A DNA stretch of 11,496 nucleotides. Origin: Campylobacterota bacterium (lineage in GTDB: Bacteria > Campylobacterota > Campylobacteria > Campylobacterales > Sulfurovaceae). Made by a program: the position numbers and the translations under genes. The stretch is from contig JAYEOM010000092.1 in NCBI GenBank assembly GCA_034722955.1, positions 1 through 11,496 of the forward strand, in the 5' to 3' direction. The notes under the pieces were generated by a model. The model was not told where the DNA came from, made no database searches, and worked only from the letters and a program-made list of their open reading frames with translations. Positions within the stretch are counted from its first letter, which is position 1, and each line of letters opens with the position of its first letter. Below, in pieces: positions 5,719 through 11,496 of this stretch.

Positions 5719-6248
5719 TACTTTACCTCTTTCGTATTGTTTAACTCATTGCTATTGAGAGATTTGGCAAAAGCATCAAACTCTTTTGCAAGCCCCTCCA
5801 TCTTTTTGCCCCACTTGTCAAAAAATGTTTTACTCTCATTGAGATCGATACTCACTGTATCATTAGTGACCTCTATCCCCGCAGATTGCATCATAGTGAC
5901 ATTTCCGCTTTTAATCTCCTTGTCAACACCATCAAGGTTTTTTTTGACTTGACCCAAAAACTCTTTTGCTTTATTAGTATCTATGATCAATTTACCCTCT
6001 TCCATACTCACGCCAAAATTGTTGAGCATAGAGGGTTTTTGAGCCTCTTGGGCTGCCAATTGAGCTTTTTTGGCAGCCTCTTGTGCCTCCTTCTGCTCTT
6101 TTTGTGCTTTTGCTTTGGCCTCTAAGCGTACCTTCTCCATCTGCTCCTCTTTGAACAGTTCAGCCTGCTTGGCTCTCTCTATCTCCTCTCTGCTCTCGCA
6201 GCCAGAGATCAAACCTATAACTATACATGCCAATATTACTCTTTTCAT
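5718..6248 (-). CDS. Hypothetical lipoprotein with coiled-coil region (176 aa)
   Basis: MKRVILACIVIGLISGC lipobox, E/K/A/Q-rich helix. AGGAG RBS at 6254-6258 and TATAAT at 6273-6278 (minus). Its stop overlaps the next ATG (TAATG). Confidence 0.8.
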   Translation of the reverse strand: MKRVILACIVIGLISGCESREEIERAKQAELFKEEQMEKVRLEAKAKAQKEQKEAQEAAKKAQLAAQEAQKPSMLNNFGVSMEEGKLIIDTNKAKEFLGQVKKNLDGVDKEIKSGNVTMMQSAGIEVTNDTVSIDLNESKTFFDKWGKKMEGLAKEFDAFAKSLNSNELNNTKEVK

Positions 6249-6350
6249 CGGTACTCCTCATATAATAGAGCAATTATACATAGATTTGTGTAAGAGTTGT
6301 GGAACATACAGTCTTAAGGCTCCCCCAATGAAATAAACCCTTTGGTTGAC

Positions 6351-7436
6351 CTAAAAAACCGTAGGTTGTATATGTTCATTCTCTACACCGCCTGATCTGT
6401 TGACTCTCATCATCATATCCCATAGTGTCGTAGCGATCTTCCCGTAGCGTCTGGATGTTTCACAATTTGGTGCTAGCACAGTGATCGGCAAACCACTATC
6501 TCCACCCTCTCTAATGGCAGGCTCTATAGGTATCTCTCCTAATACTTCTGTGCTATATGCATCGGCTAACGGTCCGGTGGTTCCTTTGCCAAATATATCA
6601 TACTCTTTGCCACTGTCGGGACAGATAAAACCACTCATATTCTCTACTATTCCTGCTATAGGGATATGAAGCTGGGTGAACATATCCATACTTCGTATCG
6701 TATCATCCAGGGCTACCTTTTGTGGCGTAGTGACACAGACACCTGCTGTGACAGGCAGACTTTGAGCTAGTGCCAGCTGGGCATCTCCTGTACCCGGAGG
6801 CATATCAAAGAGTAACACATCCAGAGAGCCCCAATCAATATCTTCTAACATCTGCTCTATAGCTTGGGTGACCATCGCCCCTTTCCATATGAGGGAGGAT
6901 CCTCTAGCTATGAGTGAACCGATAGACATCACTTTGATGTTGTGTGCGATGATCGGTTTGATTGTCTGACCCAAAAAAACAGGCTCCTGATCCTCTATCC
7001 CCGTCATCCTAGGGATATTTGGTCCATAGATATCTGCATCAAGCAGACCTACTCTTTTGCCTTGTTGTGCCAATGCTATAGCTATATTTACTGTTGTTGT
7101 TGACTTACCGACACCACCTTTGCCACTACTAACCATGACAAAGTTTTGGATATTGGGGAGTACATTTTTACCTTGCGAGCTTGTCTCTTTAGGTATAGGG
7201 GGCTTGGAGATCGTGATATTTATGTGAATTGGACCTAGAGGAGAGAGTCGTTGAGTGATCTCTTCTCGAAGCTGCATCTCTATCTCAGGTGCTATAGAGG
7301 GGATATCTAAGTGTATGGAGACTCTATCTCCATCGATATTGACCTCTTTGACAAAATCAAATGTGACTATATCTTTAGTGAATCCTGGGTATATAACTTG
7401 TGTAAGTTTCTCTTGAATGGGTGCTTGTTGTATCAT
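6351..7436 (-). CDS. mrp: Mrp/ApbC (NBP35 family) Fe-S cluster carrier ATPase with N-terminal DUF59-like domain
   Basis: SSGKGGVGKST deviant Walker A, DADIYGPNIP, DMPPGTGDAQL, VTTPQ, GIVENMS, IFG. Confidence 0.95.
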   Translation of the reverse strand: MIQQAPIQEKLTQVIYPGFTKDIVTFDFVKEVNIDGDRVSIHLDIPSIAPEIEMQLREEITQRLSPLGPIHINITISKPPIPKETSSQGKNVLPNIQNFVMVSSGKGGVGKSTTTVNIAIALAQQGKRVGLLDADIYGPNIPRMTGIEDQEPVFLGQTIKPIIAHNIKVMSIGSLIARGSSLIWKGAMVTQAIEQMLEDIDWGSLDVLLFDMPPGTGDAQLALAQSLPVTAGVCVTTPQKVALDDTIRSMDMFTQLHIPIAGIVENMSGFICPDSGKEYDIFGKGTTGPLADAYSTEVLGEIPIEPAIREGGDSGLPITVLAPNCETSRRYGKIATTLWDMMMRVNRSGGVENEHIQPTVF

Positions 7437-7507
7437 ATTGGCTGAACCTCTTAATCTTTGGGCTATATTTTGATATGATTATGCCATACTTTAGCAAGGA
7501 TCTTTGT

Positions 7508-7735
7508 ATGAAAAAAGAGTTTTTTATTTTTATTGGTATTTTTCTATTTTTAGCGATAGGAATGCACTTTAAAGAGTGGATGAGTCACCCTATTGACCAT
7601 GTAGTTGCACTGCCTTCTGCAGGGGCATATGGCATCGGTGCCGTTCACCCATTGGTATTTACATTTGTAGTCTATATCATCGTATTGATCTTTAGAGTTA
7701 TCTCTGGCTTGTTCAAGCGATCAAAATCAAAATAG
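7508..7735 (+). CDS. Small hypothetical membrane protein (75 aa)
   Basis: AAGGA RBS at 7496-7500 and TGATATGAT at 7471-7479 support ATG 7508 (MKKEFFIFIGIFLFLAIGMH...HPLVFTFVVYIIVLIFR). Two hydrophobic segments. Confidence 0.75.
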   Translation: MKKEFFIFIGIFLFLAIGMHFKEWMSHPIDHVVALPSAGAYGIGAVHPLVFTFVVYIIVLIFRVISGLFKRSKSK

Positions 7736-7765
7736 ATTTACCACCATAATATATGGAGATAATAT

Positions 7766-9262
7766 ATGTATAGTGATTGGAGTCCTTGGATTCGCGGTCC
7801 TTGGTGGCTCGCTAAAAATCTGGGCAAGATACTGTTTTTCTTCTTTCAAGGTGTAATAGTTGCTGTGATGATAGGTTTTGTTCTCTATCTCTACTCTCTT
7901 CCTGAGCTTTCCATTTGGCATACAACGCAACTTGATCATAGATTTAAGGCTGATCTGGATATACACACCCTAGAGGAGTATATGGCACTAGAGGATCGAC
8001 TTTTTGATGAACTCAATAGAGAGATCTATGCCAAGCTCAAACCAGATGAAAAGAGTGATATTAATCGCTATACAAAAAACAGTTATTCCGATCCAAGCCG
8101 ATGGTCTATTCAGGGAAATCGAACTACTGAACTTCCCGCAAAAGATGCTAAAATGGGCGTATTGCTCCTGCATGGTATGTCCGATTCTCCCTATAGCCTC
8201 CATGCACAGGCAACTTATCTGCAAAAACAGGGAGCCTGGGTAGTCAATATGCGTATGCCCGGACATGGTATCATCCCTTCTGGATTGATAGAGCTTCGAT
8301 GGGAAGATATGGCAAGAGCCATTGAGATTGGGATGCATCACCTCAAGAAAAAACTTGGGGATAGACCACTCTATATCATGGGCTACTCTACTGGAGCACC
8401 TCTAGCACTCAACTACACGATGAAAGCCCTATATGATGAGAAACTTGCTCTGCCATCTGGACTGCTCTTCTATTCGCCGGCTATCGGTGTGACTCCAGCA
8501 GCATCCCTAGCAGTATGGCAAGGACGAATAGGGCATCTTCTGGGTATTGACAAACTAGCATGGAATAGCATCACACCCGAATACGACCCCTTCAAATATG
8601 GCTCTTTTGCTGTCAATGCAGGTGATCAAGTCTATCGTATCGCCAAAGAGGTGAGAGAGCAGATGCACCAGCTCAGGAGAGATAAAGAGAGATACAATCG
8701 ACTACCTCCTATCATCAGCTTTGCCTCCTGTGTAGATAGTACCGTAGTTGTTGCAGATACGGTTCAAAATCTTTACAATCTCCTGCCAAACAGACAAAAC
8801 ACCTTGGTACTTTTCGATGTCAATCATAAATATGAAAACTCATATCTCATATCTCCAGAGGTAAGTGCCTCTATCAAAAATCTTATCTCAGCAAAGAGAG
8901 GCAACCACTATCGACTAGAGATGGTCACCAATCGTATAGAGAACATGGAGGATAGTTTGCGACAGATCACAGTAAAAAAAGATGGAAATGTAGAGCAGAA
9001 AGATCTCGACCTCTCCTGGCCAAAAGGTATCTACTCGCTCTCTCATCTAGCTCTTCCCATCAATGCAGATGATCCACTCTATGGTCGCACAGGAGCCCCG
9101 CCTAGCCCCGGTATCAAGTTAGGAGATGTCACACTGCATGGAGAAAACCACACACTGGATATCTCCGCCTCCACCCTACAGCGACAGCGATGGAACCCAT
9201 TTCATCACTATACAAAGAGGAGAGTTTTAGAGTTTATGCAGTTAGGAGAAGAGGAGAGATAA
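7766..9262 (+). CDS. Membrane-anchored alpha/beta hydrolase (esterase/lipase-like)
   Basis: N-terminal TM segment, LLHGMSDSP oxyanion region, GYSTG nucleophile elbow, candidate Asp (VDSTV) and His (LSHLAL). GGAG RBS upstream. Confidence 0.85.
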   Translation: MYSDWSPWIRGPWWLAKNLGKILFFFFQGVIVAVMIGFVLYLYSLPELSIWHTTQLDHRFKADLDIHTLEEYMALEDRLFDELNREIYAKLKPDEKSDINRYTKNSYSDPSRWSIQGNRTTELPAKDAKMGVLLLHGMSDSPYSLHAQATYLQKQGAWVVNMRMPGHGIIPSGLIELRWEDMARAIEIGMHHLKKKLGDRPLYIMGYSTGAPLALNYTMKALYDEKLALPSGLLFYSPAIGVTPAASLAVWQGRIGHLLGIDKLAWNSITPEYDPFKYGSFAVNAGDQVYRIAKEVREQMHQLRRDKERYNRLPPIISFASCVDSTVVVADTVQNLYNLLPNRQNTLVLFDVNHKYENSYLISPEVSASIKNLISAKRGNHYRLEMVTNRIENMEDSLRQITVKKDGNVEQKDLDLSWPKGIYSLSHLALPINADDPLYGRTGAPPSPGIKLGDVTLHGENHTLDISASTLQRQRWNPFHHYTKRRVLEFMQLGEEER

Positions 9263-9306
9263 TACCAAATACAAGTAAAATCATATACCGTAAACAGTTT
9301 AGGCAG

Positions 9307-11016
9307 CTACTCTATATATAGATATCGTTTGATCTTTTTTGTTGGTGTTTTGACAAATGCTTCCCTCTGCTCTATCACTTTGCGGATACGAGAGAAGGAG
9401 GAGACTCTACTGTTAACCTCTATGCGAATCTCTTCTAGGAGACTCTCTATCTTATGATGCATTTTGGTCTCTGACTGCTCTTTGATACCCAGAATCTCAT
9501 CTAATTTATCATAATCAAGATTGATACGAGCAGTGAGTGTACCTTTGTCATCATAGACGAGAGAGTCTGCTACTATTGTATGGACATTGATGAGTGCTTC
9601 GATCTGCTCCGGATAGATATTTTCTCCACTTGAACCGATGATGATATTTTTGGCACGACCACTCATAAAGAAGTAGTCGTCCTCATCAAAATATCCGATA
9701 TCTTCTGTATTGAACCAGCCATCCTCATCTATCACCTCTGATGTCTTTTCAGGATCCTTATAGTATCCCATCATAACATTGGGGCCTTGTGCCCATAGTG
9801 TACCGACACCCTTATCGTCTTGATCACGAAGTTGAAGCTTCACACCGGGAAGAGCTGGCCCGATAGCTCTATATTTGGTGATAGTAGGATTGGTTCCCGC
9901 TAAGATAGGTGCTGTCTCTGTCAGGCCATAACCGATACAGTATGGAAATTTGGCTTCACGCAAAAACTTCTCAACGATAGGAGAGATACCTGCACCGCCT
10001 ACACCAAAGAAACGGATTTTGCCTCCGAAAGTCTCTATGAGTTTTTTGCCGGCAATTTCATGAAGTTTTTTACGAACAAATGGGATCTTGTAGAGAGTTC
10101 TAATCAAAAAGTTTTTTTGAAAATTTGGCATTACTCTGTTTTTGTAAATCTTCTCAATGACCAGAGGTACACTGAGTATAAAGTCAGGTTTTACTGTCGC
10201 CATAGCTCTTATCAGCACAGTTGGTGTAGGTGGTTTTTGTATATAGTGGATGGAGGCACCATTGAGAATAGGGATGATCATACCAACTGTACACTCATAA
10301 GTATGGGCTAGCGGCAGGATGGACAGAAATCGATCTTTGGGAAATATATCAACTAACTTTTGTGCTGCTGTAGCATCAAATGTTAGATTTATGTGACTGA
10401 GCATCACGCCTTTGGAACCTCCTGTTGTCCCTGAGGTATAGATGATAGCAGCTAAGTCATCCTCATCTATCACAACTTCATACTTCTCAGGGGATTCTCT
10501 GCCTAACCTCTCCATAGCTTTCGAGAGCTGTTCACCTCCTTTTTGTAATACCTTATCTATAGTTGATGGCACAGAGAGTTTCTTGAGTACTTGGAGTCTG
10601 TCTGCTATCACTAGTAGATTGAGTGTAGGGGGCTGTATCTCATCTAGCATAGTCTCAAAAAGCTTCTGGGAGACAAAAGCTGCTTTACACTCTGCGTGGT
10701 TAGCGATATGGAGTGCTTCTGAGGTGTGAAAGTCAGGCAAGATAGGCACTATTACTGCGCCCATAGTAGTCACTGCGAAATATATAGCAGCCCAGTTGGG
10801 CATATTTTCACTATAGAGTGCAACTTTATCACCTTTTCTGATACCATATTGGTAGAGTATCTCTTGGATCATTCCAACTTTTACAGCAAACTCTTCATAA
10901 GTTATCTCATCACCATCTACAAACTGTACAACAGGACGATCTGCATAAGTCTCTATACTATAGTCAAGTAGTGCTTTTAGTGTAAGTGTTGGCAGAGTTA
11001 TAAAGGGTTTACTCAT
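9307..11016 (-). CDS. Long-chain fatty acid-CoA ligase (AMP-binding, FadD-like)
   Basis: YTSGTTGGSKG P-loop, LPLAH, GYGLTET, GPNVMMGYYK, GRAKNIIIGSSGENIYPEQIE, KTPTKKIKR. AAGGAG RBS at 11025-11030. Confidence 0.92.
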   Translation of the reverse strand: MSKPFITLPTLTLKALLDYSIETYADRPVVQFVDGDEITYEEFAVKVGMIQEILYQYGIRKGDKVALYSENMPNWAAIYFAVTTMGAVIVPILPDFHTSEALHIANHAECKAAFVSQKLFETMLDEIQPPTLNLLVIADRLQVLKKLSVPSTIDKVLQKGGEQLSKAMERLGRESPEKYEVVIDEDDLAAIIYTSGTTGGSKGVMLSHINLTFDATAAQKLVDIFPKDRFLSILPLAHTYECTVGMIIPILNGASIHYIQKPPTPTVLIRAMATVKPDFILSVPLVIEKIYKNRVMPNFQKNFLIRTLYKIPFVRKKLHEIAGKKLIETFGGKIRFFGVGGAGISPIVEKFLREAKFPYCIGYGLTETAPILAGTNPTITKYRAIGPALPGVKLQLRDQDDKGVGTLWAQGPNVMMGYYKDPEKTSEVIDEDGWFNTEDIGYFDEDDYFFMSGRAKNIIIGSSGENIYPEQIEALINVHTIVADSLVYDDKGTLTARINLDYDKLDEILGIKEQSETKMHHKIESLLEEIRIEVNSRVSSFSRIRKVIEQREAFVKTPTKKIKRYLYIE

Positions 11017-11184
11017 TTTCTATTCTCCTTGGGATAGCTATTTCGGGTTTAATGGTCTATTATACTATATCTGTTCCAAATTAGCCTTTATCATAGTCAC
11101 AATCTATCGGTTTGATACTGTTGTGTTCCTAATGATAAAAAATATGTTAGAATATAAATAAGAAAATTTATTTAAGGAGGGAGA

Positions 11185-11268
11185 GTGATTGCTAAAAAAT
11201 TGGTTGGTGCTATACTGAGTCTACTCCTGCTGATAGAGGTTGCAAATGCTAGAAATAATGCGGCTTGA
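11185..11268 (+). CDS. 27-aa mini-ORF consisting almost entirely of a Sec signal peptide (small protein or truncated gene)
   Basis: TGTTAGAAT extended -10 at 11145-11153, AAGGAGG at 11174-11180, GTG at 11185. Translation MIAKKLVGAILSLLLLIEVANARNNAA*. Confidence 0.5.
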   Translation: MIAKKLVGAILSLLLLIEVANARNNAA

Positions 11269-11270
11269 AG

Positions 11271-11345
11271 TGGTGACCCCACGGAGACTCGAACTCCGGT
11301 AACATGGATGAAAACCATGGATCCTAACCGCTAGACGATGGGGCC
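11271..11345 (-). tRNA. tRNA-Glu (TTC), copy 2 in transcription order
   Basis: Reverse complement GGCCCCATCGTCTAGCGGTTAGGATCCATGGTTTTCATCCATGTTACCGGAGTTCGAGTCTCCGTGGGGTCACCA. Anticodon arm CATGG-TT TTC AT-CCATG, T-loop TTCGAGT, encoded CCA. Confidence 0.97.
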
Positions 11346-11375
11346 AACAATGGATAAAACTGTGTCAAGTTGAAG

Positions 11376-11450
11376 TGGTGACCCCACGGAGACTCGAACT
11401 CCGGTAACATGGATGAAAACCATGGATCCTAACCGCTAGACGATGGGGCC
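11376..11450 (-). tRNA. tRNA-Glu (TTC), copy 1
   Basis: Identical 75-nt sequence to 11271-11345, 105-nt period. Confidence 0.97.
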
Positions 11451-11463
11451 ATTTACAACTTGT

Positions 11464-11476
11464 GGACGGCATTATA
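11464..11476 (-). promoter_or_regulatory. Stable-RNA promoter -10 with GC-rich discriminator for the tRNA-Glu pair
   Basis: Minus strand TATAAT (11471-11476) followed by GCCGTCC, 20 nt before the tRNA 5' end. Confidence 0.65.
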
Positions 11477-11496
11477 TATAGTAGTTGCTTAAAATG

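Noticed and set aside
7421..7507. Upstream GTG start giving a 104-aa ORF
   Set aside because: It overlaps the mrp start and the divergent promoter region. The RBS supports ATG 7508.
832..10971. Remaining short ORF-track entries (e.g. 832-1041, 2258-2476, 2815-3093, 3532-3927, 4417-4608, 5052-5384, 5428-5685, 5471-5758, 5713-5952, 5886-6125, 6070-6336, 6481-6669, 7727-7966, 7988-8341, 8004-8243, 10060-10311, 10442-10729, 10726-10971)
   Set aside because: Antisense or out-of-frame shadows of well-supported genes, with no recognisable motifs.
11271..11450. tRNA repeat as CRISPR array or attL/attR pair of an island
   Set aside because: Both copies are full-length tRNAs 30 nt apart, with no cas genes, integrase or cargo between them.

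Overview
AT-rich bacterial chromosome segment, very likely Campylobacterota (Sulfurovum/Sulfurimonas-like). This is inferred from protein style, TG-n-TATAAT promoters and rpmI-rplT unlinked from infC. The left ~2.3 kb is an accessory, scarred region. It holds the HTH tail of a probable HUH/RAYT-type transposase and a HigB-like toxin plus HigA-XRE/ImmA-IrrE peptidase antitoxin operon with its own operator-overlapped promoter. That operon is bracketed by two diverged direct copies of the 3' tail of an SbcC/Rad50-type SMC ATPase gene, and is followed by further gene remnants. The rest is mostly housekeeping: DUF1622 protein, CPA2 cation:proton antiporter, rpmI-rplT with a highly structured spacer, ferredoxin-thioredoxin reductase/rhodanese fusion, lipoprotein, Mrp/ApbC, small membrane protein, alpha/beta hydrolase, long-chain acyl-CoA synthetase, a signal-peptide-only mini-ORF and two identical tandem tRNA-Glu(TTC) genes. 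The most interesting signal is the sbcC-tail-bounded TA cassette, whose two repeats differ almost only at synonymous sites. The structured rpmI-rplT RNA is next.
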